Source of the DNA: Gammaproteobacteria bacterium | GTDB lineage: Bacteria > Pseudomonadota > Gammaproteobacteria > Steroidobacterales > Rariloculaceae | Assembly: GCA_038125265.1 (NCBI GenBank) | Contig: JAYPDM010000008.1 | Coordinates: 1,784-49,500, forward strand | Length of the DNA stretch: 47,717 nt | Direction of reading: 5' to 3' | Part shown: piece by piece, positions 32,957-42,524 of the stretch | How the letters are laid out: every line of letters begins with the position of its first letter | Position numbering within the stretch: position 1 is the stretch's first letter | Program-made: the position numbers and the translations under genes | Notes under the pieces: generated by a model | What the model was told of the DNA's origin: nothing | The model's input: only the letters and a program-made list of their open reading frames with translations | Database searches by the model: none

Positions 32957-33757
32957 TCAAATATCAAACCATGGGCTGGGAATAAATTGATCTGCATAGT
33001 AGGTTTTAATTTTATCCAAACTAGAAAATTTTTTTAGAGAATTCTCAATACAATCGACTGAATTATTCTTCAGAGAAATGTGTAACATGACAAGCCATTG
33101 GAGCTTTGGGTTGTTGATTCTTGATACCAATTCAAAGGCCTGATCATTACTCAGATGTCCCACATCAGAGGCGACTCGTTTTTTTAGCCAGTCGGGATAG
33201 ATACCCTGACTAAGCATTTGATCATCATAATTAAATTCAATGGCCAACGCATCGCAATCAGTCAGGCTATTGATCATATCCTGACTAAAGCTTCCTGTAT
33301 CAGTCAAGTGGCCAAATTTCCTACCATCAAATGTAAAAGTAAAATGTGATGGCATTCTTGAGTCGTGAGATACACGAAAAGGAAAAACCTCGACATCCCC
33401 TATAGATACGGTCTCCTCATAGATAACTTTTGACCAATTTTTTTTTACTTGCTTTTGTGCGTAGTAGGTTCCTTTGGTCATATATATTGGGCAGTCATGA
33501 ATGCGGTTAAAATCACCGAGTCCATGGATATGATCGCCATGTTCATGGCTAATAAGTATCGCGGTAATGCTCTTTGGATCTATATTTTTGGCATCCAACC
33601 TCTCCGTCAATAGCTCTATTGGGAGCCCACAATCAATCATGATCAGGGTATTTTCAGCTTTTACTAAGGTCGCATTTCCTTTGCTACCACTTCCCAGTAC
33701 TGCGTAAGAAAAATCTCTTCCGGTTTTAGTTTGTACTGGAGCCTCCTTTGTCTCCAT
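32957..33757 (-). CDS. MBL-fold metallo-hydrolase (YycJ-like)
   Basis: LGSGSKGN, SHEHGDH, SHD, TDTG, GHLSN; start uncertain (33757 vs 33808). Confidence 0.9.
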   Translation of the reverse strand: METKEAPVQTKTGRDFSYAVLGSGSKGNATLVKAENTLIMIDCGLPIELLTERLDAKNIDPKSITAILISHEHGDHIHGLGDFNRIHDCPIYMTKGTYYAQKQVKKNWSKVIYEETVSIGDVEVFPFRVSHDSRMPSHFTFTFDGRKFGHLTDTGSFSQDMINSLTDCDALAIEFNYDDQMLSQGIYPDWLKKRVASDVGHLSNDQAFELVSRINNPKLQWLVMLHISLKNNSVDCIENSLKKFSSLDKIKTYYADQFIPSPWFDI

Positions 33758-34085
33758 GGTCTGGAGGTACATACATGGAGGATGGAAATTGTGATATGTT
33801 TCCGCCATCTGCTTTCGTAATTTTGCTCACGCCCTGTTTTTCAACCTCATCAATTCTAATGATTGAATGCATAGGGATATAGGTTCGATTAACGCCTTTG
33901 AACTCAGTTCTTATTTTTTCTTCTGATGGGTCCACTACTAATCCTGAACGGGCATTAAAGATTAACTCTTCGATCTCGATAAAACCAAAAAGTCCGCCCT
34001 GACTGATACTTGAGGCATAAACTTCATAAACCTTTGATTGATTAAGAAAAATAACTTTGTAGATTTGTGTATCTTTGGAACTCAT
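33726..34085 (-). CDS. DUF1820 family protein
   Basis: YKVIFLNQSKVYEVYA, VVDPSEEK, IPMHSIIRIDEV. Confidence 0.85.
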   Translation of the reverse strand: MSSKDTQIYKVIFLNQSKVYEVYASSISQGGLFGFIEIEELIFNARSGLVVDPSEEKIRTEFKGVNRTYIPMHSIIRIDEVEKQGVSKITKADGGNISQFPSSMYVPPDHGDKGGSSTN

Positions 34086-34141
34086 AGCGCTTATTATATG
34101 TATTATATCTCAGTTATAAAGAGGATCTTCGGGTAAATAAA

Positions 34142-34516
34142 GTGTCGCAATTAATATTTGTCTTTTTAGGAAGTGCATTGGGTGGATTGCTAAGATACCT
34201 ATTATCTCTATGGTTAAATCCTTCAGAGGTAGTATCGATACCATGGGGCACTTTGGGGGCAAATACCATCGGTTGCTTTATCGCTGGCCTGGTTGCTGCA
34301 CTCCTAGCCACAAAGGGGATGTCTGAAAATATGCGGTTATTTATAGTAATTGGCTTTTGCGGTGGCTTTACTACATTTTCAGCGTTTAGTCTTGAAACCA
34401 TACAATTATTCAGAAATGATCTCTATTGGGTAGCAACAAGCTATGTCACTATCTCATTATTGCTTGGGCTTTGTGCGATTGCAGTCGGATTTTTCATGGC
34501 GGATCGCATTTTTTAA
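34142..34516 (+). CDS. crcB: Fluoride efflux channel CrcB/FluC
   Basis: GSALGGLLRY, PWGTL.AN, GFCGGFTTFS. Confidence 0.95.
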   Translation: MSQLIFVFLGSALGGLLRYLLSLWLNPSEVVSIPWGTLGANTIGCFIAGLVAALLATKGMSENMRLFIVIGFCGGFTTFSAFSLETIQLFRNDLYWVATSYVTISLLLGLCAIAVGFFMADRIF

Positions 34517-34570
34517 AGTCTTAAATTAAATCCTATTGCATTCAACTGATTAATTTGAGATTCTAGAAAT

Positions 34571-34729
34571 ATGGAAAGATGTGAAAGACTTTATAAGTCA
34601 TCAGTCGCAAGAAAGCATCGCCATGAGATTCAAGATATCGTGTCTCATCGCACCGAGCTAGAACATCAAAAACTAAGAAGAGAAAAGCTTAAAAGGAAAA
34701 AAATAGCCGCTAAAAGACTTTCAAGTTAG
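34571..34729 (+). CDS. Unannotated 52-aa basic small protein
   Basis: MERCERLYKSSVARKHRHEIQDIVSHRTELEHQKLRREKLKRKKIAAKRLSS; fills the gap to 1 nt before the next gene; TTGCAT-17-GATTCT upstream. Confidence 0.6.
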   Translation: MERCERLYKSSVARKHRHEIQDIVSHRTELEHQKLRREKLKRKKIAAKRLSS

Positions 34730-34730
34730 T

Positions 34731-35042
34731 CTAGAGTATCTTGTGTCTGCCTAATAGGATTTCGTACACCATGACGAAATCACCAAAAAAACTATAGACT
34801 GGATATTTATAAGTTGCCGGTTGATTCCCCTCAAATAAGTAGTGAGAAATGACCGCAAATCCATACCCTGAAAGTAGCCCGTATAATAAATTTATCCACT
34901 CCCAAGAAGAAAATAATCTAAAAGCAAAGTAAGACGCACCCAGCAACCCAATCAAATGAAATAATTTTGTGTATTGGTGAGAATGACCTGGCAGGTAATA
35001 ACCCTCATAGAATTCTCTAAATGATTCATATTCATGGTTCAT
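34731..35042 (-). CDS. DUF962 / Mpo1-like membrane protein
   Basis: SFREFY..YL..H, HLIG, GYGFA..SHYLFEGNQPAT.KYP, GDF.M. Confidence 0.88.
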   Translation of the reverse strand: MNHEYESFREFYEGYYLPGHSHQYTKLFHLIGLLGASYFAFRLFSSWEWINLLYGLLSGYGFAVISHYLFEGNQPATYKYPVYSFFGDFVMVYEILLGRHKIL

Positions 35043-35235
35043 GACCCTAGAATACTATAATTATTCTCTCAGTGGGCTCTTAATTCTCGCTCTATTTCAC
35101 TATATTTTGATATTTCTTGTTTACATCAGATACATTTTTTTATTAATAGAATCAATAGTTTAGAAATTTATTACTGATAATTCGTCATTTTTTAGTCTAA
35201 TTTTGGGTTAATTTTTAGGTATTGAACGTTATAAT

Positions 35236-36603
35236 GTGCCCAAGTTATCCACAGAGGCCATTCTTATCAGAATCTTCTATCTCATCATTGCCTGCTTGGC
35301 AGTAACAACATGTGGTCAAAAGCCAACCCAATTTGAACAGATCAGTCACTTAGGTGAATTGAAAGCTGGTATCTTTTTATCGCCATCAAGATTCTATTTC
35401 GATGGCTCGGACTATATCAATATTGATCAGCAGCATCTTATCGACTTTGCAGGTCATCTTGATATGGATATACAGATCATTACCGCTGATAGCTATGAGA
35501 CCTTACATGAGCTTCTCGCTAATAATGAGGTAGATATTATCACTGGAAACATTACAAATTTAGGGCAATATGAAAATGAACTCTCCTACAGTCCTCCCTC
35601 TCACACAATCAGTCATATCCTTGTTGGCAACCGATCGATAAGTCCGGAACAATTGACCGATGAAAACTTGAATATTGTCGTCTCGAGAGGATCTATAGCT
35701 GAGAATATTATTAATCAACAAATAGAATTAAGATCTAAAGCTTCGGTGATTGATAGCTCAAATCCATATTTTTTGCTTAATCTTATCGAGGATCAAATCG
35801 CTGACTTTGTCATTCTCCCTAAAGAAACATTTGAAATTTTAAGGTTTAGCTTTCCGTCTGTGAAAACCTTTTTAGAATTTGAGAATTTATCACCTATTTC
35901 ATGGGCTATGTCTAACTCAGATAGCAGTCTGTTTGATAAGGTCTCAGAGTTTTATCTTGACTATCATTTTGAAGCATCAGATAGAAATCTTTCATTGGAT
36001 ATTGCAACCCTAGAGAGCTTTAATTTCTTTGACTTAAGAGCCTTTAAAAGAGATTTTGAAAATCTCCTTCCTAGTTATCTTGATGCCTTCATACAAGCTG
36101 AAAATATCTATAATTTTGATTGGGAGCTACTTGCGGCGATTGCTTACCAAGAATCCAAATGGAATCAGGATGCTGTCTCTTTTACGGGAGTAAGAGGCCT
36201 GATGATGCTTACGCAAGATACTGCTGATTTTGTATCGGTGAATGATATCAATGATCCTACGGATCAAATTTTAGGCGGTGCTCGCTATTTACGTGAGCTG
36301 GACGCAAAACTGCCTGAACGAATTCAGGGTTCGGATCGCTTATGGCTTACCATAGCCTCATACAATCTTGGATTTGGCCATCTTGAGGATGCCAGAATAC
36401 TCACAGAAATCAGGGGCGGCAATCCAGACGTATGGTCTGATGTCGAGAGTAATCTCTCTCGGCTCGAAGACGAGTATTGGATCGCCTATCTAAAGAGAGG
36501 CTATGCCAGGGGTAATGAGGCAAGTGATTACGTTAAAAATGTAAGGCGCTACTATGAGCTATTAAAGCTTATGAGCTTTAATGAGTACTTTGCCTCTAAC
36601 TGA
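35236..36603 (+). CDS. mltF: Membrane-bound lytic murein transglycosylase F
   Basis: Solute-binding-like N domain plus SLT domain (YQESKW, GVRGLMML, SYNLG.GHLEDAR, GYARG). Confidence 0.92.
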   Translation: MPKLSTEAILIRIFYLIIACLAVTTCGQKPTQFEQISHLGELKAGIFLSPSRFYFDGSDYINIDQQHLIDFAGHLDMDIQIITADSYETLHELLANNEVDIITGNITNLGQYENELSYSPPSHTISHILVGNRSISPEQLTDENLNIVVSRGSIAENIINQQIELRSKASVIDSSNPYFLLNLIEDQIADFVILPKETFEILRFSFPSVKTFLEFENLSPISWAMSNSDSSLFDKVSEFYLDYHFEASDRNLSLDIATLESFNFFDLRAFKRDFENLLPSYLDAFIQAENIYNFDWELLAAIAYQESKWNQDAVSFTGVRGLMMLTQDTADFVSVNDINDPTDQILGGARYLRELDAKLPERIQGSDRLWLTIASYNLGFGHLEDARILTEIRGGNPDVWSDVESNLSRLEDEYWIAYLKRGYARGNEASDYVKNVRRYYELLKLMSFNEYFASN

Positions 36604-37047
36604 TTAACGCCTCTCTCTAAAAAAGTCTTTCAGTATTCGAGAGCAGTCCTCCTCCAATATGCCACCTATGACCTCATAGTTTTGGTGTTTCAACAAATGT
36701 TTGTTATCGGCTGAATTAAAAGTTCCCTCTTTATAGTCAGAGGCTCCATAAACCACGCGTTTGATCCTTGACTCAGCAATAGCGTTAGCACACATCAAAC
36801 ATGGCTCTAAGGTAACAAAAAGAATTAACTCATTGAGTCTGTAGTTTTTAATTAGTCTGCATGCCTCTCTAATTGCATTGATTTCTGCATGGGCTGTTGG
36901 GTCATGCCGCGAGATTACTTGATTGTATGCAGAGGCTATCACCTTCCCGGTATCATCAATAATCACAGATCCTACAGGGACCTCACCACTCTCCTTAGCT
37001 TTTTTTGCCTGAGCGATTGCTAGCAGCATGCTCTCTTGAGGTGTCAT
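36604..37047 (-). CDS. tadA: tRNA adenosine(34) deaminase
   Basis: GEVPVG, DPTAHAE, TLEPCLMC; start placed at MTPQ (37047). Confidence 0.94.
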   Translation of the reverse strand: MTPQESMLLAIAQAKKAKESGEVPVGSVIIDDTGKVIASAYNQVISRHDPTAHAEINAIREACRLIKNYRLNELILFVTLEPCLMCANAIAESRIKRVVYGASDYKEGTFNSADNKHLLKHQNYEVIGGILEEDCSRILKDFFRERR

Positions 37048-37056
37048 AATTACCTT

Positions 37057-37503
37057 ATGAATAAAAATATTAATCCTGTATTTTCTCAACTAACCGACGA
37101 AAAGCAAATGAAGGAATATTTTGAATTTCGCTGGTTACAACTTAGGGCACCACTTGGCATGGGCCTTGAAACTACTAAAGATGATAAAGAAGATGAGGCT
37201 GAACACTTTGTTGCTAAACTTGAAGAAAAGATTATTGCCTGCGCAAGGGTACAAGAGGTCCAGGCGAAAATATTTCAACTAAGATATATGGCTGTGGAGG
37301 AAGCATTTAGAAAACTTAATATCGGAAAAAGGCTTATCGAGCATATCGAAAATCATATAAAAGCAAAGGATGCTAAAACCCTCTTTCTCAATGCAAGGTA
37401 CTACGCGATTCCTTTCTACCTAAAAGTTGGCTTTAGGGAGCATGGCGAGCAGCATACCGAGATTGGCATGATCCACCAGAAAATGATTAAGGATTTTATC
37501 TAA
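37057..37503 (+). CDS. GNAT N-acetyltransferase (ElaA/YiiD-like)
   Basis: RWLQLRAPLG, QLRYMAV, R...IG, LNAR..A..FY...GF; start placed at ATG 37057. Confidence 0.88.
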   Translation: MNKNINPVFSQLTDEKQMKEYFEFRWLQLRAPLGMGLETTKDDKEDEAEHFVAKLEEKIIACARVQEVQAKIFQLRYMAVEEAFRKLNIGKRLIEHIENHIKAKDAKTLFLNARYYAIPFYLKVGFREHGEQHTEIGMIHQKMIKDFI

Positions 37504-37949
37504 AACGTTTCTAGCGTTAATACTGCATCGCAGTACTCGCCATCATAAGTTCCGATCCAAATATCATAGATACCGTTAGGCGCATTAGTAAATCTAATTT
37601 TTGGATCTAGGGAACCGTTACTGTCGTCATCATGAAACCAATTGCCGGCTGGGCCATTAACAAGAAGAACAGAATCACAATCACTATCTACTCTCATTTC
37701 AAGCTCTCTAACTGGCTTAAGTTGTTCGAAATCAAGCTCAAAGTCTGGGCTGTAGGCAACCCAGCCTGTTCCAGGAAGATCATAACAATTACTTAAATTC
37801 TCACCACCTCCGGCAATCACATCATGCCTTTTAGGCGCATAAAGCTCTTGCGAGTCATAAATTAAGCTTGTTCCGGAGGCGCCAATGGATGGGCAAGACC
37901 AAAGGGCAAAGCTTGAAAAAAATAACAAAGTGGCAATCAGATGTTTCAT
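37500..37949 (-). CDS. Secreted acidic PPC-like beta-sandwich protein
   Basis: Signal peptide, DSVLLVNGP.GNW..DDD, G.YDIWIGTY; 4 Cys; SD AAGGAG. Confidence 0.7.
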   Translation of the reverse strand: MKHLIATLLFFSSFALWSCPSIGASGTSLIYDSQELYAPKRHDVIAGGGENLSNCYDLPGTGWVAYSPDFELDFEQLKPVRELEMRVDSDCDSVLLVNGPAGNWFHDDDSNGSLDPKIRFTNAPNGIYDIWIGTYDGEYCDAVLTLETF

Positions 37950-38006
37950 AATTAATTCTCCTTAAATAGAAGTTAACATAACGCTATTTCACTTCCAAGT
38001 AATTGA

Positions 38007-38618
38007 TTAAATTAAATAAATAATTTCGCTGCTATCCCATAGCGGATACTTTTGCATGGCTAAGCTAAACAGATTGGAAGTGATTAAGAACTCTAACCTT
38101 TTTTGGATAAAATCCAGATCTAGGGCATCAAACCAATCCGGCTCTGGCATTCTGAACTGCCTGATGAGCGTTAAGAACGCAAAATCATAAAAATTAAGCT
38201 CCCCTTCACTGCCTATAGTGCCCCAAGATACCTCTAATTTTTTTAGCATATCAAGACATGCATCACGATGATCATAAGGACTGGTATTCTGATATCGATT
38301 CGGATACTTGTACCTATCCAAGTGATATTTAAAATCAGTATCGATTTTGCTAATCCATAACTCCAGCTCATCATTGGTTTTATAATTCTGGTCAAAGGAC
38401 CACCTCATAATATCGATACTCTCATCTAGAACGTTACCGTCATTTAAAATAAGAACAGGAACAGTGCCCTTGCTTGACCTTTTGATCATATCCAAGGGTT
38501 TATCTGAGAGCTTTATCTCCCTAACCTCGCATTGTCTTTGATTAAGGCAAAGTGCCAATCTCGCTCTAATGGCAAAGGGGCATCTCCTGAAGGTATAGAG
38601 AACAGGATACTTATCCAA
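38007..38618 (-). CDS. Glutathione S-transferase family protein
   Basis: LYTFRRCPFAIRAR, KGTVPVL, DESIDIM, FKYHLDRYKYP; likely TTG start at 38618 (ORF opens 38663). Confidence 0.9.
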   Translation of the reverse strand: MDKYPVLYTFRRCPFAIRARLALCLNQRQCEVREIKLSDKPLDMIKRSSKGTVPVLILNDGNVLDESIDIMRWSFDQNYKTNDELELWISKIDTDFKYHLDRYKYPNRYQNTSPYDHRDACLDMLKKLEVSWGTIGSEGELNFYDFAFLTLIRQFRMPEPDWFDALDLDFIQKRLEFLITSNLFSLAMQKYPLWDSSEIIYLI

Positions 38619-39498
38619 CTTGACGGGCCTTATTGAGTTCAAGCTGTTTCTGTCTCTCGGCAAATCTGGCTTTACTCTCAGGGGTAGTTTTGTGTATACA
38701 GTTAGGGCAGCTCACCCCTTTGACATAGTCCTCTGAATCGATGTCACTTCGCGTGATTGGTGATCTGCAGGCGTGACACATCTGATATCGCCCTTTATTT
38801 AGATGCTCATCGACAGCCACCCTTTCGTCAAAAACAAAACATTCCCCCTCCCAGCTCGAAGATGACTCCTGTTCCTCTAGAAACTTTAATATCCCGCCCT
38901 CTAATTGATAAACTTCTTTGTACCCATTTTTAATCATGTATGAGGATGCCTTCTCGCAACGGATGCCTCCGGTACAGAACATGGCAATTTTTTTGCCTTC
39001 GAGTTTGAGTTTATTTGCTTCAATCCAATCAGGGAAATCTCTAAAGGAATTAGTCTCGGGGTTGATGGCTCCTCTAAAGCTTCCGATCGAGAACTCATAC
39101 TCATTTCTAGTATCGATGAGTACCGTGTTTTCTTCTTGGATAAGCTTTTCCCAATCTTGCGGTCTGACAAATTTTCCCGTGGAATTTTTAACATCTAAAG
39201 AGCCTTTGCCCAATGTGACGATCTCCTTCTTAATCCTCACCTTAAAACGCTTAAAGGCATGATCCATGGTCTCTGCTTCTTTCACTACGGGTATGCTAAC
39301 ACCCTCTATAGTTCTTAGTTTTTCAATAAAAGTAGTGATTTCAACTTCTGGCCCAGTGATGGTTGCATTGATACCTTCTTCGGCAATTAATACGGTACCA
39401 AAAATATTGCCAGAACCTCTCGCCTCCTCAATTAAAAGCTTTATTCGCTTTAAATCTTGTAACGGAGCGAACTCATAAAAGGACAAAACTTTTAACAT
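38611..39498 (-). CDS. trhO: Rhodanese-domain tRNA uridine(34) hydroxylase
   Basis: EGINAT, KKEIV, DTRNEYE, FCTGGIRCEKAS, GECFVFDER. Confidence 0.92.
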   Translation of the reverse strand: MLKVLSFYEFAPLQDLKRIKLLIEEARGSGNIFGTVLIAEEGINATITGPEVEITTFIEKLRTIEGVSIPVVKEAETMDHAFKRFKVRIKKEIVTLGKGSLDVKNSTGKFVRPQDWEKLIQEENTVLIDTRNEYEFSIGSFRGAINPETNSFRDFPDWIEANKLKLEGKKIAMFCTGGIRCEKASSYMIKNGYKEVYQLEGGILKFLEEQESSSSWEGECFVFDERVAVDEHLNKGRYQMCHACRSPITRSDIDSEDYVKGVSCPNCIHKTTPESKARFAERQKQLELNKARQVG

Positions 39499-40805
39499 TA
39501 ATCGCTCTGCATTAGGTCTAATAAAGCTATCACCGTGGATTCTACACCGAGAGTAATAGAACTCTCCGGATCAACTTGAAATAAGGCGGAGTGATGTGGC
39601 GCAATGGTTCTCAGGCCTTGTGCTTGCTCGTCGATCCATGCCTGCGGTGTACCGCCAACCTTAAAATAGGTACTTGGGATATAAGGGTCAAGAGTAAACA
39701 ACGAGAAGTCCTCTGCCTTCATATCAAGTCTTTCTTCTGGATAAAAGATACCAGGACCAAAGTGCTCTGCCCATCGTGCCATGAGACGATCAGTAAGTGG
39801 TCGATCATTAATCGTTGGGGGAACGGACTCATTTGAAATAATTACCTCGGGCAATAAATGCTCGGGCAATCCGGCAGCACGCCCAAGATTTATAGCGATA
39901 CGCTCAATACCCTCAAGAAGCGTTGCTCTGGTCTCAAAGCTATCATTTCTGACAGTAAGCTGGAGCCTTGCCTCGTCTGGGATAATATTATGTTTAGTTC
40001 CGCCATGAAAACTGCCAACAGTAATCACTCCGGATTCTCGGGGTGCAAGATCTCGACTAATAATGCTTTGTAAAGCAATCACGATTTGACTCCCGAGTAC
40101 AATAGGATCAATCCCCTGGTGCGGTGTAGCACCGTGGGAGCCAATACCATGGACTATAATGTCAATCGTGTCTGCACCACTATAGGGTGAGGCGTTTGTC
40201 ACGAATAATTGCCCTGAAGGAGTCTCAGCAGAGACATGCAGGGCCAAGGCGTAGTCGGGAACTCCATAATCATCCCAAATGTTTTCAGCCATCATATTTC
40301 TCGCACCCAGAACCCTTTCTTCAGCAGGTTGGCCAAGCAGCATAAGCGTACCTTGCCATTGATCTCTGTTTGCGCTCATGAATGATGCGGTGCCTATTAA
40401 GCTGCTCATGTGAATGTCATGTCCACAGGCATGCATGACAAATACCTCATTACCATCAGGGTCTATCTGCTTATTCGTCGATGCATAAGAGAGCCCGGTA
40501 GCCTCTTGTATAGGGAGGCCATCCATATCGGCCCTGACCATAACCATCGGTCCGGTGCCATTTTCTAAGATAGCAATCAATCCCGTTCCTCCGATTCCCT
40601 CTGCTACATCGAAACCTCTTTCCCGGAGCTCCTCAGCGAGCCTAGCTGAGGTACGATGCTCCATCAAAGATAGCTCGGCATTGCTATGGAAGAATTCAAA
40701 TGTATCGGTCAGCTCTGATTGATATATTTCATGTATCTGATTACTCAAATTTTGGGCATGCAAGCCAAAGGACATAAAACAAAGAATTAAAAATACTAGT
40801 CTCAT
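39498..40805 (-). CDS. M20 family amidohydrolase with signal peptide
   Basis: RADMDGLP, MHACGHD, QPAEE, EDFS, HHS; GLHA-Q cleavage site. Confidence 0.93.
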   Translation of the reverse strand: MRLVFLILCFMSFGLHAQNLSNQIHEIYQSELTDTFEFFHSNAELSLMEHRTSARLAEELRERGFDVAEGIGGTGLIAILENGTGPMVMVRADMDGLPIQEATGLSYASTNKQIDPDGNEVFVMHACGHDIHMSSLIGTASFMSANRDQWQGTLMLLGQPAEERVLGARNMMAENIWDDYGVPDYALALHVSAETPSGQLFVTNASPYSGADTIDIIVHGIGSHGATPHQGIDPIVLGSQIVIALQSIISRDLAPRESGVITVGSFHGGTKHNIIPDEARLQLTVRNDSFETRATLLEGIERIAINLGRAAGLPEHLLPEVIISNESVPPTINDRPLTDRLMARWAEHFGPGIFYPEERLDMKAEDFSLFTLDPYIPSTYFKVGGTPQAWIDEQAQGLRTIAPHHSALFQVDPESSITLGVESTVIALLDLMQSD

Positions 40806-40828
40806 AATTTCACCCCTATTTTGGAGAC

Positions 40829-40837
40829 ATTATATCA
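40829..40837 (-). promoter_or_regulatory. Extended -10 promoter for amidohydrolase-trhO-GST
   Basis: TGATATAAT on - strand, then SD-like AGGGGTG before ATG 40805. Confidence 0.6.
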
Positions 40838-41101
40838 ACTTAACTTGAAAAATTTTTTACCAAGAGGGCTAATGGGGTCCTGTGGCACTGCCTTATGATT
40901 GGTCAGTTGCTCAACTTTTTTTATGAGATAGGTAGCAATTCCCTTCCTTCTAAAGGGCGAGCTGACAAATATATACTCAACCTCAGCAATTTCGTTATAA
41001 CGTACAAATGCGATTGTGGTATTTGCATTCTTGAGGATGATAATCTCACTCTCAATGATCTCCTCATAATCAATGCCTAGATTAAGATTTTGTTCGATCA
41101 A
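40835..41101 (-). CDS. Small GNAT-family acetyltransferase
   Basis: IFVSSPFRRKGIATYLI acetyl-CoA motif; SPLGKKFF. Confidence 0.8.
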   Translation of the reverse strand: MIEQNLNLGIDYEEIIESEIIILKNANTTIAFVRYNEIAEVEYIFVSSPFRRKGIATYLIKKVEQLTNHKAVPQDPISPLGKKFFKLS

Positions 41102-41762
41102 GAATTAAAAAGGGTGCGTAGGTTATAAAAAACACAGCAATGACCAGTGGAACCAGGATCAATAAGTGTATCGGCGGGTCAGGGAAAAAATCCAGTACCG
41201 TCGCTACCTGAGGCTTTCGATTTAAATACCAAAAATTTGATCCAAGCATTAAATTGATGACATAGATAAAGACAGCGCTGACAGCAGTCAGAGAAGTCAC
41301 CAAAATATAATCTCTAAAAAAAGGCCTCACTTTAAGGCAACTTAGACCAAAGACAATACCTAAAATAGTCATCGCATGTCCATAGAAAAATGGTACATAG
41401 AGCCCATCGGGGAAGCCCAGCGATAGATCGGGTGTGATCATGGCTATCAGTGCACCCCCGCTCCCCCAAAAGAAAGCAATATTAAAGAACAAGGGCTTCC
41501 TGTAAATGAGATAAATAGCAATGCTAGTCGCAGAAAGATCACACATATGCAAAGGTAAGGACTCATACCATGCTAAACCGAAGGAAAACGCATGAAAAAC
41601 CTGCATGACCTCATGCACCAATAAAAGAACACCAATGGATACCGCGAAAATATGTTTTTCTTCAGCAGACTTCTTAGAGGCGATATAGGGAACCAACCCA
41701 ATGATTAAAAAACTTATAATCAGAGTAATTAGGTGCTGAGTTCCAAATAAAACAAACGGCAT
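41082..41762 (-). CDS. YwaF/TIGR02206 integral membrane protein, paralog B
   Basis: FVLFG..H, LPLHMCD, FWG, TPD, FFYGH, NFWYL..KP. Confidence 0.88.
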   Translation of the reverse strand: MPFVLFGTQHLITLIISFLIIGLVPYIASKKSAEEKHIFAVSIGVLLLVHEVMQVFHAFSFGLAWYESLPLHMCDLSATSIAIYLIYRKPLFFNIAFFWGSGGALIAMITPDLSLGFPDGLYVPFFYGHAMTILGIVFGLSCLKVRPFFRDYILVTSLTAVSAVFIYVINLMLGSNFWYLNRKPQVATVLDFFPDPPIHLLILVPLVIAVFFITYAPFLILDRTKS

Positions 41763-41765
41763 AGA

Positions 41766-42512
41766 TTAGTTTATAAAGTTATATCTGAACATTGTAATAA
41801 GGCTTTGATCCTTTTTAAATGCATTATCGGGGGGGTCCTCATCGTAGGCATGACTGAATTCTATGGCAACGGTAAATCGTTCCGATATATCAAAGTCCAA
41901 GCCCATGACAAATGATGACTTGTAATCCTGAGTGTAATCATTGATCGACGGTTGGAAGAAAAAACTGTAATTCAGTGAAGTGATGTCATTCAAATGATGT
42001 GCATTCCTCAGGTAAAAGTTTGCCCTATTGGTATTTTTATTTACGCCTAAAATGCTATTTTCTTCCTCCATAAATAGGGAGGAACCAAATCTTAATTCGT
42101 CTGTCAGCGCCAATCGAAAGCCAAGCCCGGCGAGATAGCGATTTTGATACCTCTGAAAGGGATTCTCAGATCTTTGAATGAAAACCTCCAGATCCATATT
42201 TTCTAGCGTGATTGGGAAGGTGCCTCTCAAATGAAGAAAGGACATCTCATCTTCAACTGTCTCCCTTCGCATGCGCTTGGACTGGTTAGCGACAATTAAG
42301 AATTGCCTTGCTTGACTGTTTATATTTAGGTCAAGAGATAGCAAATAGCTCTCTCTTTCCTCATTGCCTGAGCTTTGCGAATAGGAGAAAGATGATGAGA
42401 GAAATGTTCCAATTTCACCATCACGTCTTAGGTTTTCTATGTTAATAATGGCCTGCGACCAAAGAGGGCCCAAAGTAAAAAATAAGCTAAGGAAAATAAA
42501 GAATCTAATCAT
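41766..42512 (-). CDS. DUF481-like outer-membrane beta-barrel
   Basis: Signal peptide, IINIE.LR, SGNE, amphipathic strands, terminal FRYNF. Confidence 0.75.
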   Translation of the reverse strand: MIRFFIFLSLFFTLGPLWSQAIINIENLRRDGEIGTFLSSSFSYSQSSGNEERESYLLSLDLNINSQARQFLIVANQSKRMRRETVEDEMSFLHLRGTFPITLENMDLEVFIQRSENPFQRYQNRYLAGLGFRLALTDELRFGSSLFMEEENSILGVNKNTNRANFYLRNAHHLNDITSLNYSFFFQPSINDYTQDYKSSFVMGLDFDISERFTVAIEFSHAYDEDPPDNAFKKDQSLITMFRYNFIN

Positions 42513-42524
42513 GGATACCTGAGC

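Noticed and set aside
34086-34141. Fluoride riboswitch before crcB
   Set aside because: Only 56 bp, no GGCGAUGG-type motif or structure
35190-35200. AGTCTAA half-site of the peroxide operator upstream of mltF
   Set aside because: Other arm absent
35043-35253. AT-rich 190-bp gap plus perfect DnaA box TTATCCACA (35245-35253) as possible oriC
   Set aside because: Single box, inside mltF; another copy lies within ribH (22400-22408); no box cluster or dnaA/gidA context
37971-37998. AGTTAACATAA resembling the XerD arm of dif
   Set aside because: No XerC-like arm 6 bp away; better explained as promoter sequence
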